From an uncultured Gammaproteobacteria bacterium (lineage in GTDB: Bacteria > Pseudomonadota > Gammaproteobacteria > CAWCPV01): a DNA stretch of 64,000 nt. The DNA lies in contig CAWCPV010000002.1 of NCBI GenBank assembly GCA_963797555.1, forward strand, positions 1 through 64,000, written 5' to 3'. Positions 31,339 to 43,750 of this stretch are shown piece after piece (within the stretch, counting starts at the first letter, position 1; each line of letters opens with the position of its first letter). The position numbers and the translations under genes are program-made. The notes beneath the pieces were generated by a model, which worked only from the letters and a program-made list of their open reading frames with translations, was not told the origin of the DNA and made no database searches.

Positions 31339-32828
31339 GGCACACCTCCTCGGCGGCACTGCGGTGGGTGGCGGGCAGGAGCGCGTCATAGTCGGCCAGC
31401 GGGTGCTGAGCAGTGGCGCCGAGAGGGAGCGTCGCGGGGGCTGGCGGTGCGAAGCGTTGTTGCAGGGCGCTGAGCGTGGGCGATAGGCCTCGCTCCAGGG
31501 CGGCCAGCCAGTGGGTCCCCAGGGCCTCCTGGCACTCGTGCTCGGCGGCGAGCTTGAGTGCGCCGACCATGCGCTTGCAGGCGTCGGCGGGCGCAAGGGT
31601 AGCGTCCAGATGCTGCCAGATACGCTGATAGGTGGCATCCGGAAGCAGGGCGTCGCGGTACTGGAGCCGATAGAAGGCGCGGGGCTTCTTCACCAGCCAT
31701 CCCACGAGATGGCGATAGTCGATGCGGCTCGCCCGGCGCTTGCCCGGGGCCGGGTAGACCCGCGGGAGGATGAGCAGGGCCTCGGTGCCGAGGAACAGCT
31801 CCAGGCGGGCGTCATAGAGGTGCACCCGCAGGCGCTCGCCGATGAGCCGCGCGGGGACCGAGTAGACCACCAAGCGCACGGTGATGGTGCTGGCGGTGGT
31901 GACCTTCACCCACAGCTCGGTGTAGTCGGCCGCGAAGGTCACCGGCAGGGGCCGCAGATGGGGGCGCTCGGCCTCGATGGCGGTGGCGTTACGCCGGTTG
32001 ACGGCGGCGGTGACGGTGTCGAGAAAGTCCTGGTAGGACGCCACCGAGGGGAACTCGGCACTGCCCCGGGCCAGAAGGCGCTGCACGATACGGCGCTTCA
32101 AATGCCCGTGGGGTGACTCGATGCTGCCGTTCTCGTGGCAGGCCCCGGGGTTGTTGCGCGTCGGCCTCATCCCATAATGGGCGCAGAGCGCCGCGTAGCG
32201 CGCCGCAAGGTCGTGCTGGGCCTCAGCCGAGAGGTTCTTGAACGCCGCCGAGAGGCTGTCAGTGCGGTGCTCGGCCGGTGCACCGCCCAGGCGCAGCAGC
32301 GCCTGGCTCAGCCCCTCGGCGAGCGCCGTGAAGCTCTCCCCGCCCAGCACCACCCGCACCGTGCACCAGCCGCTGTAGGCCAGGCGGAAATGGTAGAGGC
32401 GGTGGGCGAGCGGCTCGCCGGCGATGGTGACGGTGACGTCCTTGAGCACGGTGAAATCCGACAAACCCCGCAGTCCCGGGACCTGCTGCTGTGGGAACAT
32501 CACCTCCTTCTCGGGTCCATGCGCCGCCCGCCAGGCCTTCACCCGGCGCTGCAAGGTGCGCAATAGCTTGTCCGGGTACTGGCCCGGATGGCGCTCCTGG
32601 AGCCCTTCCAAGAGCGTCAGCGCGTGCAGTGCCGGGGTGTGCTCAAGCAGTGGGACCAGCTCGCTGTCCCACACGGTGTCAAAGGGGTCGCGGCGCGTTC
32701 GATACCGCCGCGCGCCCCGCGGTGCTCGACGCTCGTCCCGCTCGTCAAGACGGCGCGCCGTGCGCTCCGAGAAACCCGCCTTGGCGGCGGCGGTTACTTG
32801 GTTCTTACCTGCGGTTCTCTGTGACATA
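31331..32828 (-). CDS. istA: IstA transposase
   Basis: RTLQRR, HRTDSLSAAF and HENGSIESPHGHLK motifs; start approximate. Confidence 0.9.
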
Positions 32829-33467
32829 TAGACCTTGACCTTTGCGGTGTGACGGCCATCCCTCCCCCCGAAGCATCGGATGTCAGAACGCCGCCAGTGT
32901 GGCCGATCAACCGGACAAAGTAGTTGTCGCCAACCGGTCAACGTAATTGTCGCTCTATACCTTTTCCTTCGGCTTCTGGGGCGCAACGCCGAGGGACTGG
33001 GACGCGGTGACGCCGGCATGGCTCTGGCGCTGTCCTTCCTCGTGCCGGTCGCGGTCTACACCTCGCTCGCCCTCGCTCTCTTGGCCGCTGTGACTGCGCT
33101 CACCGCCCGGCGCCGCGGTCGCGCGCTGCACCTGAGGCTCGCCGCAGTGGTCGTCGCCTTGCTGCCGGCGGCCTTTCTGCTACTCGTCGATTTGCTATAG
33201 CCTTGCACCAGCCCCATAGGGCGTCGCCATCGCCCGCCTTTACGGTCCCCGGTCCCCGGACACCGATCCCCATGCTTGCAACCGCCCCATAGGACCTCGC
33301 TATCGCCCGCGACCTGCGCCGGCAGGCGAGGGGAGCGACTGGAACGACGTGCTGATGGGCGGCAAGCTCAACGGGATTTCGCGTCCCGCTGACCTGGCTG
33401 CCGTCGGGGGACAGGCTCCCGGGCGGAGGGCGCCGGGGGCGCCTATCGAGGAGGAGCGCGTCGGCCG

Positions 33468-34599
33468 CTATGAAGCGCCCCGCCGCCACCGGCAGCGTCA
33501 GGGTGCCTTCCTCGGTCAGATCCACGCGGCTGCCGAGCGGGTGGCATTCCCGGTCCAGGGTATCCCGCAGCCAGCGGCTGTCCTCGTCCACTGCGCGGTT
33601 CAGCCTGAAACGCCGGATCTGGAAGGGCCTCATCTCGAGTCGGACCAGACGCCCGTTCGACGGATCCAAGGCCGCGAGGAACGCCAGGGCGAGGTCGCCG
33701 CGATACTCCTCGTACCCCGCGATGCCCTCGTAGTCGTTCAGGAAGTCGCCGCAGCCGTAGAGGACGGGTTTGTCCCGGTAGACCTCGCTGCCGAGCCGAT
33801 GGTGGGAAGAATGGCCGTGCACGAGGTACGCCCGCCTCGTGGACGAGCTTGCGGGCGAACGCCCGGTGGCTGCGCGGAATGGCGTAACCCCAATTGCCGC
33901 CCCAGTGGAGGGGGGCGACCACCGGCGAGCTGGCGCACGGTCTCCTCCGAGAGATCCGGAAGAAGATTCACGCCGGCGTGCTCCCCGGTGGCGGCCCATT
34001 CCTCCGGGATGCCGCTCGTCTCTGACCCGAACGAGAACATGAGCGTCCGTCCCTTGCCGGGCACCTCCAGCATGGCCGGGGCTTGGGCTTCCGGTCGGTC
34101 GCGCCCGGCGCCCGCCGTCCTGATCCCCGCCCGGTGCAGCGCCCCCAGCGTCTCCAGCAGGCCGGCCGCGCCCCAGTCCAGCACATGGTTGTTCGCGAGC
34201 ACGCAGCAGTCGATCCCGGCGGCCCGGAGGCAGGGGACGCTGTCGGGATTGCATGCGGTAATTGATGCCCTTGGCCTCCCACTGCCCGCTCGCGGTGACG
34301 GCGGTCTCCAGGTTGACGATTCTCGCATCGGGCGCCGAGCGCCCGAGCACCTCCAGGGCATCCCCCCAGACGTAGGCGAAGTCCACGGGCCGCGGAATCG
34401 GGCCGTGCGCGGTTTCTGCCAGCTCGACATAGCCGAAGGCCGACTTCAGATAGGGTTCGTGGAGGTTCGGGTCCGAGGGGTGGGGCAGCACCTGGTCGAT
34501 GCCTCTGCCCGTCATCACGTCGCCGCACAGGAGCAGCTTCACGGCGGCCTCGTTGTTCGACCCGCCATGCCAGTCCTCGATGAAAGCTCCTCGGTCCAT
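33468..34599 (-). pseudogene. CapA/PGA_cap family gene, most complete copy (several frameshifts)
   Basis: All CapA motifs present across the reading frames. Confidence 0.82.
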
Positions 34600-34902
34600 A
34601 GTCACCCTGCCTGGGTCGGATGCCGGAGGCGCGCGGTCGCCCGCAAAGCACGGAAAGCTGGGCGCGCTGCACTGCGGTGTGACCAGGGTGGGACTGGTGG
34701 TGGTCGCGGGAGAGCAGAAGCAAATCGCGGACGGCCAGGAGGTGATCATGGAAAGGACCCAGGTCCGAGTGTCGCGAAAAGGCGAGGAGTATACCTTCAG
34801 CCGGCACGCGGCCGCGGCCGCCTAGAGGCTGTCCCGGTTCCCCCGGTTCGCCGACGTGGCCCGGGGCGTGTCGGATGGCGGGAGGAGGGAGATGGGAGCG
34901 TA

Positions 34903-35507
34903 TTGGACAAGTCGGAAATCACCGGGGCGATCCTTGCGGGTGGACGCGCACGGCGCATGGGGGTGAGGACAAGGGGCTGATGGTGCTCGACCGCCGGCCC
35001 ATGATCGAGTACGTCGTGCAGGCTCTCCGTCCCAGGTGGCTGCGCTTCTCGTCGCCGCCAACCGCAACCAGACGGGTTATCCATGGCTGTGCGGTTCCCC
35101 TGTGGTCCCGGACCGGGTGGAAGGTTTCGCCGGGCGCCTGGCCGGCGTGGCCAGCGCGCTGCAGGCCCACGACCCTCTATGCGCTTGCCGTGCCCTGCGA
35201 TTCCCCGTTCGTGCCGCCGGACTTGGCGGACAGACTGCTGGACGCCTTGCTGGGGCGCGCTGCCGAGGTCGCCGTGCCCCACGACAGCGAGCGATTGCAG
35301 CCGGTGTTCGCCCTGATGAGACGCGATTTGTTGCCCAGCATCGACGCCTACCTGCAGGCTGGGGAGCGCAGAGTGGATCGCTGGTACGCCCGGCATCGGA
35401 GGGTCCCGGTGCACATGTCCGACGTTCCCGAGGCGTTCGTAAACGTCAATACGCCGGAGGACATGGCTGCGCTGGAGCGTCGCCTCGCGCGGGCCTCCGC
35501 ATGCTGA
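34903..35507 (+). pseudogene. mobA: Molybdenum cofactor guanylyltransferase (frameshifted)
   Basis: ILAGGRARRMG.DKGL, VPCDSPF, LQPVF and FVNVNTPED motifs. Confidence 0.88.
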
Positions 35508-37134
35508 GACACGCGACGGTACCGGTCCTCGGGCTCGCGGCCTTCAGCGGTACTGGCAACACCACCTTGCTGCGGAAGCTCATCCCGCTGCTGCGCGCGC
35601 AAGGTCTGCGCAGAGCTATGCTCGAATCTGGTGTACGGGGTTTGAGTGAGGCGGCGTATCCGGCTGGAATGTGAAGGGACCAGAGACACAAGCCAGCCGT
35701 GGAGGATACGCCGATGGATAACGATAGACCGATGGACGGCAGAGTGCCAGAGGGCGAGACGAGCGACCTGCTGACCGAACTTCTGAGAACGGGAGCGCGG
35801 CAACTGATTGCGCAGGCGGTGGAAGCGGAGCTGACCGAATTCCTGGGGCAGTTCCAGGGCGTGAAGTCGTTGGATGGCCGGGCGGCTGTGGTGCGAAACG
35901 GCTACCTGCCAGAGCGTGAGATCCGGACGGGTGTGGGGCCGGTCGCGGTGAAGGTGCCCAGGGTGCGAGACCGCAGTGGGTCAGGCATTCGGTTCCACTC
36001 CCGGTGCGGCGCACCAGGAGCTTGGAGGAGTTGCTGCCTTGGCTGTATTTGAAGGGAGTCTCCACGGGCGATTTTCAGGAGGCGTTGGCTTCATTGCTAG
36101 GCGAGCAGGCCGAGGGGCTGTCGCCTTCGACCCTCAGCCGGCTGAAACGTCAATGGGAAGAGGAGCACCAGCGCTGGGCACGCCGGGACCCCTCAGGCAA
36201 GCGCTACGTGTATTGGTGGGCCGATGGGGTGTACTTCAATGTGCGTGGGGAACAGGCGCGCGAATGCCTGCTCGTCATCGTCGGAGTGACCGAACAGGGC
36301 ACCAAGGAGTTCGTGGCCATTGAGGACGGCTTCCGGGAGTCGGAGCAGAGCTGGCTGGAGGTCCTGACGCGGCTCAAGCACCAGGGGCTGAAGGTCGGTC
36401 CCGAACTCGCCGTCGGCGATGGCGCTTTGGGCTTGTGGAAGGCGCTCACCAAAGTCTACGGCCAAACACGCCATCAGCGCTGTTGGGTGCACAAGAGGCT
36501 AACGTGCTGAACAAGCTCCCCAAGAGTCTCCAGCCGAAGGCCAAGAGCGCTCTTCACGAGATTCGGATGGCTGAAAGCCGCCACCAGGCGCAGAAGGCCT
36601 TTGAGGCGTTCCTCGACACCCACCGTGACAAGTATCCCAAGGCGGCACAGTGCCTGGAGAAGGACCGCCAGCAACTGCTTGCCTTCTACGACTTTCCAGC
36701 CGTGCATTGGCAGCACATCCGCACCACCAACCCCATCGAGTCGACCTTCGCCACAGTACGGCTTCGCACCGACAAGACGCGGGGTTGCGTGTCACGCCAG
36801 AGCTTCCTGGCGATGGTCTACAAGCTCGGCCAGAGCGCGGCCAAACGCTGGCGTCGACTCAGGGGCTTCGAACGCTTGGCCGAGGTCATTGCCGGGGTGA
36901 AATTCAAAGATGGAGTGCGTGTGGAAGCTGCGGAAGCCAACCGGATCGCCGCCTGATTCAGCCCATGCTCATACACCAGACTTGACTATATCTCGTCTGC
37001 GCATCGGAGCAATCAAGCACGCGCATTACACCTTCGACGTCGACCGTCCCGGGAAGGACAGCTACGAGCTGTGCAAAGCCGGTGCCTCCCGCGTGCTGGT
37101 GGCCTCCCGGCTGGGGCGGGCGTTGATTTGCTAG
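35501..37134 (+). pseudogene. mobB: MobB interrupted by IS256 and truncated
   Basis: AAFSGTG.TTLL before the IS; IKHAH..FDVDRPGKDSY after it. Confidence 0.85.
35613..36994 (+). mobile_element. IS256-family element (transposase frameshifted)
   Basis: 9-bp TSD GTCTGCGCA; VRNGY, WADGVY, GDGALG, QRCWVHK and RTTNPIES motifs. Confidence 0.93.
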
Positions 37135-37296
37135 GTGTTGGTTGCGAGGTTATGCTGAGCGGTGGTTGCTAGACTTTCGCGGCAACCGGGGTGGTCGCCG
37201 CGGGCGGCGGGAATGATTTTAGTGTAACAGGTATGCGGGAGGCGGCAAGGCGGCTATACTCGCGAATCATCAAAAGCGGGGGGAGGTGTCTTCAAG

Positions 37297-37818
37297 ATGA
37301 CGGTTAAGCAACTTTTTAGGATAAAGCAGTTTCGTGATATCAACGATGGAGACCTATTTATAGGCCGACTGGGAGACGGGGCCGTGATTCACGCAATCAA
37401 GGCGTTCCTGCCGGGTGAAGATGATGACCCGCCAAAGCCATTTATAGTGTCCGTCGGGCCATTTGCTAATGGGGATCAGCCTACAATCTACGAAGCATCT
37501 ATCTTGCGAGCTTCACCCGTCCTGGACGTGTCCTCGTACTACTCGTTCACCCCATCGCTTGCATCGGCTGACCTGGAGGGGTTGAACGGATACGCCGAGA
37601 GGGACTTGTTGGGCAAGGTGGTGCTACTTGACCAGGGTATGTATCTTGGTGCCATGTACCGCAGGGTTATGCAACTCGGCTTTCTTAATGTGGAAAGCGG
37701 GGCATTGGCCGTTAATCGACTTCCTGGAGAGCCAGCGATGGTGTCTTCCCGATGGCGGATAGAGGCAGCCGTGGAGAACTCGGCGCCGGAGATCATATTG
37801 GAGCACCGCGTAGAGTAG
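37297..37818 (+). CDS. Hypothetical protein (lower GC)
   Basis: 173-aa ORF with GGAGG RBS. Confidence 0.65.
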   Translation: MTVKQLFRIKQFRDINDGDLFIGRLGDGAVIHAIKAFLPGEDDDPPKPFIVSVGPFANGDQPTIYEASILRASPVLDVSSYYSFTPSLASADLEGLNGYAERDLLGKVVLLDQGMYLGAMYRRVMQLGFLNVESGALAVNRLPGEPAMVSSRWRIEAAVENSAPEIILEHRVE

Positions 37819-37838
37819 GTAGGATACCCGAGTATCCC

Positions 37839-38798
37839 ATGTGCGAGGTACTTTTCTCATATTCCCACCGGGACGAGGGGCTGCGCAACGAGCTGGAGAT
37901 CCATCTTTCCAGCTTGAAGCGTCAAGGTGTCATCACTACATGGCACGACCGGCGCGTAGGGGCTGGAGAAGAGGTACATGACGAGGTCAGCAGGCGCGTC
38001 GAGACTGCGGACATCATTCTCCTTCTGGTCAGTCCCTATTTCCTCGCTTCAGACTATTGCTATGAAGTGGAGATGCAGCGGGCCATGGAGCGGCACGAAG
38101 CGGGCGAGGCTCGGGTGATCCCGGTGATTCTCCATCCCTGTGACTGGCAGAGGGCGCCTTTCGGCAAGTTGCTGGCAGTCCCAACGGATGGCAAACCGGT
38201 GTCGAAGTTCCCGAACCAGCACGATGCGTTCCTAGAGATTACGCAGGCTATCCGCCAGGTGGCCGAGGACATGGGACGCCCAGTTGTACAGGCGCAATCA
38301 GGCAGCGAGCGACCTGCAGAACCGCCACCTGTCCCAATCGTCTCCGACATTCGGTCTAGTAACCTGCGTATGAAAAGGACGTTTTCGGACCGCGACAGAG
38401 ATCGTTTCCTCGATGAGGTATTCACTTACATCGCAAACTTCTTCGAAGGGTCCCTGGAGGAGCTTAAGAGGCGCAACCAGCAGGTAGATACCGCGTTCAA
38501 GCGGATCGACGCAAACCATTTCACAGCCGTGGTATACCGAAACGGCTCTATGGCCTCCAGCTGTAAGATCTGGCTAGGGGGCAGGCATTCTTTTGGTGGA
38601 GGAATTTGTTACTCGACGTTGATTACGTCGAACGATAACAGCCTCAACGAATCCTTATCGGTGAAAGATGACGGATACATTCTTTTTCTCCAGCCCTTGG
38701 GCATGCTGTCGCGTACCTATGGGGAGGAGCAGCAGTTCACCCCTGAGGGTGCTGCCGAGTACTTCTGGGCGGTCTTTATTGGGACGTTGCAGGGTTGA
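37839..38798 (+). CDS. TIR-domain protein with uncharacterised C-terminal domain
   Basis: FSYSHRDE, WHDRR, LLLVSPYFLASDYCYEVEM and VIPVILHPCDW motifs. Confidence 0.88.
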   Translation: MCEVLFSYSHRDEGLRNELEIHLSSLKRQGVITTWHDRRVGAGEEVHDEVSRRVETADIILLLVSPYFLASDYCYEVEMQRAMERHEAGEARVIPVILHPCDWQRAPFGKLLAVPTDGKPVSKFPNQHDAFLEITQAIRQVAEDMGRPVVQAQSGSERPAEPPPVPIVSDIRSSNLRMKRTFSDRDRDRFLDEVFTYIANFFEGSLEELKRRNQQVDTAFKRIDANHFTAVVYRNGSMASSCKIWLGGRHSFGGGICYSTLITSNDNSLNESLSVKDDGYILFLQPLGMLSRTYGEEQQFTPEGAAEYFWAVFIGTLQG

Positions 38799-38905
38799 GT
38801 TGAGGCGATGGGTCAGGTCCATCGTTGTAGCAGGTGCTCCGATGCGAGAACTGGCCCCAAATACCCCCCCCGAGCCTGCGAGCCCCCGTGCTTCGCCTGC
38901 CTCAT

Positions 38906-39155
38906 CCCTGAATCCGCAGCCTGACTCGGCGAAACAACTAATAACAAGTTGATATATTTGGTATAATCCGGTTTTGCGAGTTTCACCCAATTGGTGCCAT
39001 GGCTCAAAATGTCCTCCACCCTTCTCGCGACCCGATTCCCACCTTTAAGCTCAAGCAAGGCAACGAACTGCTTACCGACCACGCCGGGCTTTCGCTGGTG
39101 GGTCTGGCCTTGGCGAAATTCGCCAAGGTCTGCCAGACACTGAGGGATTAAAGGG
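38906..39155 (+). mobile_element. IS1380-like remnant (left end plus start of transposase)
   Basis: CCCTGAATCCG end; FKLKQGNELLTDHAGLSLVG. Confidence 0.55.
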
Positions 39156-39280
39156 GCCAGGCTCGGATATCTCTCGATTTAGCGAAACCCCAGCTTCATA
39201 AGCGGCTTGCCCGGTCATTCCCGGCCTGGGGTCCTAGCAGGATGCCCTGCTCCATAGTAGCCCCATGCGCCCGATACACC

Positions 39281-40015
39281 TCAGCGGGACACTCCGCCCA
39301 CAGACGACGGCGGGGCTGAGGTCGTAGCGGGGGTCACGGATAGTAGTTCCAGCTCGTAGGTCAGCACGCTGTTGGGCGGCAAACGCCCGAAGGCGTGGGC
39401 ACCATAGCCCAAATCCGGCGGCACGTAGAGAATCCACTTTGCCCCTGGCCGCATCCTCTGCAGGGCCTCCTGCCAACCGCGTAACGACCCGACCACCCGC
39501 ACCGTCACGGGCCGGCCTCGCGCGTTGGAGTTAGCGAAACCGGTGCCATCGGGTAGGGTGCCGCGGTACTGCACGGTCACCGTGTCGGCGAGCGTCGGCA
39601 TCGGGCCGCTGCCCTCCTTCAGGACCTTGTACTGCAAGCCGCTCGGCAGGACCTGCACTCCCGGCTTGTTCTTGTTCGCCGCGAGAAACGCCTGGCTCTT
39701 GTCGAGTTCCTTGGCCGCGAACGCCCGGGCGCGGAGGTTCTGCCGAACCGCCACGCGCTCGCGCAGCTCGACCAGCGTGCGGGTCATGGCCTGCGGGCTG
39801 AGCGCGGGTGTCTTGCCCTGCAGCCCGTCGCGCACGGCATCGAGCAGCATCTGCGAGTCCACCTCCACCTCCTGGCGCCGGATGTTGCTGCCGAACTCGT
39901 AGCCCAGGCTGTAGCTGTCCTTGGCCTTTTGACTTCCAGGCGGCACCTTCTCGGCAGCCCAGGCCGCCGGCCCCAGCAGACTCACCCCCAGCACAATCGC
40001 CACGGCTCGTCGCAT
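39281..40015 (-). CDS. FKBP-type peptidyl-prolyl isomerase (FkpA/Mip-like)
   Basis: Signal peptide, SYSLG, LPSGLQYKVL and YRGTL..G motifs. Confidence 0.92.
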   Translation of the reverse strand: MRRAVAIVLGVSLLGPAAWAAEKVPPGSQKAKDSYSLGYEFGSNIRRQEVEVDSQMLLDAVRDGLQGKTPALSPQAMTRTLVELRERVAVRQNLRARAFAAKELDKSQAFLAANKNKPGVQVLPSGLQYKVLKEGSGPMPTLADTVTVQYRGTLPDGTGFANSNARGRPVTVRVVGSLRGWQEALQRMRPGAKWILYVPPDLGYGAHAFGRLPPNSVLTYELELLSVTPATTSAPPSSVGGVSR

Positions 40016-40108
40016 TGCGGTCCTCCAAGCGATTGCCAACCAGCGTCTTCCCAAACAAGAAGGCCGCGCAGGACGCGGCCCTCTTGCCGGGACTTTGCTC
40101 CCTCTACC

Positions 40109-42377
40109 CTAGTTTGTGACCTTGTAAGGCCGCATCATCTCGTTGTCCTCGTGGTCGATGATGTGGCAGTGCCACACGTAGCCGGGACCCTGGGTGGGGT
40201 CGAACGGATAGAAGTTCCTTCCCGCCTTCGCCGGTCCGACGCCCGTGCTGGTGGGGGTCCACCGCACTAGGATGCGTAGCACCTGGCCTGGCAGCGCCTT
40301 CGCGGTGTCCTTCCAGCCGGACTCCTCGGGGGCTGGCGGCATCGGTGCTCCCACCAAGTAGGGGGTGGGGTCGGGGTTGCCCCCGATAACAGGGACATGT
40401 TTATTGCCGTAGGGCAGGTTGGTCGTTGCCCCGCTGTTGTACGGCAGAGGCGGCCCGTAGTCGGGGCAGTACTCGCCGGCTGTGCAGCCCGGCGGCAGCG
40501 GCGCCGCACCAGGACTGCCGAAGGCAGCTGCCCATGCCGCGGGGTAGCCGGTCTCCTCGTCCGTGTTGAACGCCTGGCGGTTCAGGATCTGGAACTGGCT
40601 GAGATGCGTGTGCATGGGATGGGCATCCACCGTGAGATTGATGATCTCCCAGAGCCTCGGTGGAGCCCACCCGCGGCAGCTCGCTCACGCCGTCGGTCGG
40701 GAAGCTCGCCGCGATGTTGGGAGACTCCAGGCCGTCCCACTTGGTGTTGTTGACCAGCACCTCTAGCGGTCCCTCCGGCCCCTCGTTCTCCTTGAGCACC
40801 AGCCGCCGCACCCGATCGATCTTCGCAGGAGGGGAGAGAGCGCCGGCGCCGTTCGTCAGGCGGACCATGGGAACCTGCCTGGTGCAGCCGCCCTTCTGGA
40901 TCGGATCACAGCTCGTGTCCTTGCTGGTCGCCTTGGCAGCCACATGGAACTGCATGATGTTGGCCATGCCCGGCTGATCGACGCCCGGGACAAGCCCGTC
41001 CGGGAAGGGAACCGGCGCATCGTTGGTCACCGTGACGGTCTGCCCTTTGAGGGCTGTGAAGTCGACGATCAGGTCCGCCCGCTCCCCCGGCGCAATGAAT
41101 ACCGTCTGGACCGGCACCGGCTTATCCAGGTAAGCGTCGTCTGCGCCGATCTGATAGACCGGGGCGCCGCCGAAGCTCAGGTTGTAGAAGCGCGCATTCG
41201 ACCCCTCGATAATACGGAAGCGGTAGCGGCGCGGCTCGACGTTGTAGTACGGCCAGGGGGCGCCGTTGACGACCGCCACGTCCCCGATGAACTCCGGGAT
41301 CCAGAAGGGGTGCACGTCGGGGTTGGGCGGGGGCCCGTTCAGGCATGGGGGAGGGGGGGTCTCCTCGCTATCTCCGCAGCCCGGGTCGGAGCCGTCCGGA
41401 AAGTAAAGCTGGCTGTTGGTGTCGAACTGGCGGTCCTGGATGGCCATCTCGATCTGGTAGGGTCCGCTGGGGAGGTTCTTGGGCGCCACGGTGGGATCCT
41501 CGATGAAGTAGAAGGCCGCCATCCCACCGTACACGTTGGTGCGCGTGGCTCCCAGGGCGTGGTCGTGAACCCAGTCAGTTCCTGGCTCCTGGCTGTTCGG
41601 GTACCAGTACGTGGCCGTTCCCGGTGCCGGAGCGCCTACCGTGGAGTATCCAGGTCCGGTCAAGCCGTCGGAGGTGAACCACGAGTCCGGCCCGCCGTCG
41701 GACTGGGAGGGCACCTCGCCGCCGTGCAGGTGCGCCGTCGCCGGCGGTGAACCTCCAAACGGGACCCCGCAGGGAGTGTTGCCCGTGGTGATCGGCGCCG
41801 GGCAGTTCTTCATCCCGGAGTTTTGCAATGGATCTGCCCAATGGAGGGACTGGTCCACCGTCACCAGCCCCTGGACCAGACCTGTGCCCGCCGAAGGCAC
41901 GCCGGGGGCGGAGTTGGTCGGAGGGGTCGCGATCGGAGCAAGGTAAGCGGGCAGCTGGTTTACGTACGTGATGGTCGTCGAGACGTTGCGTGTGATCTCG
42001 AGGGTCACCGCCGGCCAGTTCGCCGGACCGAGCAGCGCGCCGGTGACGGCGTTGTTGGTCTGGTACGCCCAGACCCGAGTCGGGCCGAAGGTGACTCCAA
42101 GACCACAAGTATCCGAGGCGCCCTGCGGGAGCACCGCCTGATCGATCTCCCTCAGTGTCACTTGCAGATTCGGGTTCGCCGCAGCGTTCACGCGGGGAAT
42201 GGGCCCCGCCGGACCAAACACCGGCAGCGGCACGGCGAACTGGAGTATGCAGTCCCCGGGCAGCGCCGTCTGCGGCACCAGGTAACTGGCGGACGCACCG
42301 GGGGCGTAGCACGCGAGCCCGGCCAGGGTCGCGACGACCATGCATCTCATGTTCCATGAAACCGTCCTAATGGACAT
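40109..42377 (-). CDS. Multicopper oxidase (CotA/bilirubin oxidase-like), frameshift near 40655
   Basis: HLHG, HDH, HPMHTH and HCHIIDHEDNEMM copper motifs. Confidence 0.92.
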
Positions 42378-42675
42378 ACACTTAGCTCTTCCTCCTTAGC
42401 GCTTCTTTTCCGAGAACGGGACCCCGCACTCCACCCGCTGCGAATGCTGAAGCAGCGCAAAGCGAGAATGGCGCGGGTACGCGGTCGCCATGGCCGCGAT
42501 GGTCACTAGCTAACACCCGGCAAGTTTAGTGCAGTGAGGACAAATTTGCAGCACACGAGGATTTTCTTGCGCTGACGGAACTTTACCGAGGCGTCGGGCG
42601 CCGAGGGGCTCCGTAGGAGGGGACACGCCCCCCGGTGGGCGGCGGCGGGCCAGGTGAGAGGCGCGGACACCAGGC

Positions 42676-42915
42676 TCATGGCCTCAGCAAACGAGAGGAA
42701 TGGAGAGGCCCGCGAGAGTCGAAAGGAGCACCGACAATAATCCGGCGACGGAGGCGCCGGACGCCGCCGCACCGTTGCCGCGAAACGCCGAGGGGGTCAA
42801 CCCCGACAGCCGGCGGAGCACTCGGGCGAAATAGGGGGGTTGGCAAATTCCACGGCGTAGGCGATGTCGCCCACGGCCGCGCCGGGATTGCGGAGCATCT
42901 CCTGCGCCCTGACGC
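42676..42915 (-). pseudogene. AraC-family HTH C-terminal fragment
   Basis: AQEMLRNPGAAVGDIAYAVEFANP / YFARVLRRLSGLTPSAFR. Confidence 0.65.
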
Positions 42916-43750
42916 CGGCTGGGGAGGGGAGGCCGAGAAGCAACATGAAGAGGAAAGCATCGACACCAATACCTCGACCCGCCGCAACGATGTGCCCGCC
43001 CGCCAGCGCGACCGACGCTCGGCTTGGCCGGTTACGTCCGTTCCCGCTCACGAGCACCAGGGGGCGGCTCGTAGTTCTCCATGTCCGGGCGTCTCGCCAA
43101 AGCTTCGGTCCAGATATAAACACGCCCGGTTGCGATTTGTCGCAGGTAACGCTGGCCTGCGTAGAGGTGGGGTGCTCCCCGCGGGCGGCTGTTACCAAAG
43201 GCGGGAGCGGGCTCTGCGGCTGAGAGGTCGAATGCCGGGCTCTAGTCGAACAGTGCCGCCCACTCCGGTCGGCTCATACGGCGGGGGCTATCGTCGTTGA
43301 ATGTCCGGCCTCGAACGCATTTTTGCATTCCGCTGGGTGCACTGCATCCCTATGTCCGCTGTCCGCCACACTGCTGCCGATGTCGTGGCCGACGCGAATG
43401 GCGGTTGTGGGTCGGAAGCGGTCATCAGAGAAAGAGAGCCAAGCAGGCTGCCAGAAGTTTCTCTCCGCCGGCAGCCACTACCGAGTGCGCCACCAAGCGG
43501 CTCACGTGAATGATTCCCCTTTGACGGGGTTGCCAGCGCATGAATTGGCGTTTCTCGCTGCAGCACTGCACGACCGTCCTCCCACGCCGGTCCTGGCTAG
43601 GCACCCGACGCTCACAGGCCCTGGCAGATTCACACCCGGCAGATGCGCGTTGACCCCAGAGCGGTCGTTTGCCATAGTCCGCTGGTAAAGTCGTCCACGA
43701 CGGGCCGGGGGGCCGTGGCGTCCCCCCTCGCATTCTGGTGCTGGAACCAC

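Larger units (their letters stand above)
30499..32959 (-). mobile_element. IS21-family element interrupting the second copy of the membrane-protein gene
   Basis: Imperfect terminal repeats (CAATTAC...CCGGTTG.CGACAACT); approximate TSD CCTTTT; istA-istB pair. Confidence 0.9.

Noticed and set aside
33100-34980. Long 543-549 aa ORFs over the capA region and similar antisense ORFs elsewhere
   Set aside because: Shadow ORFs from high GC and frameshift chimeras overlapping recognisable genes.
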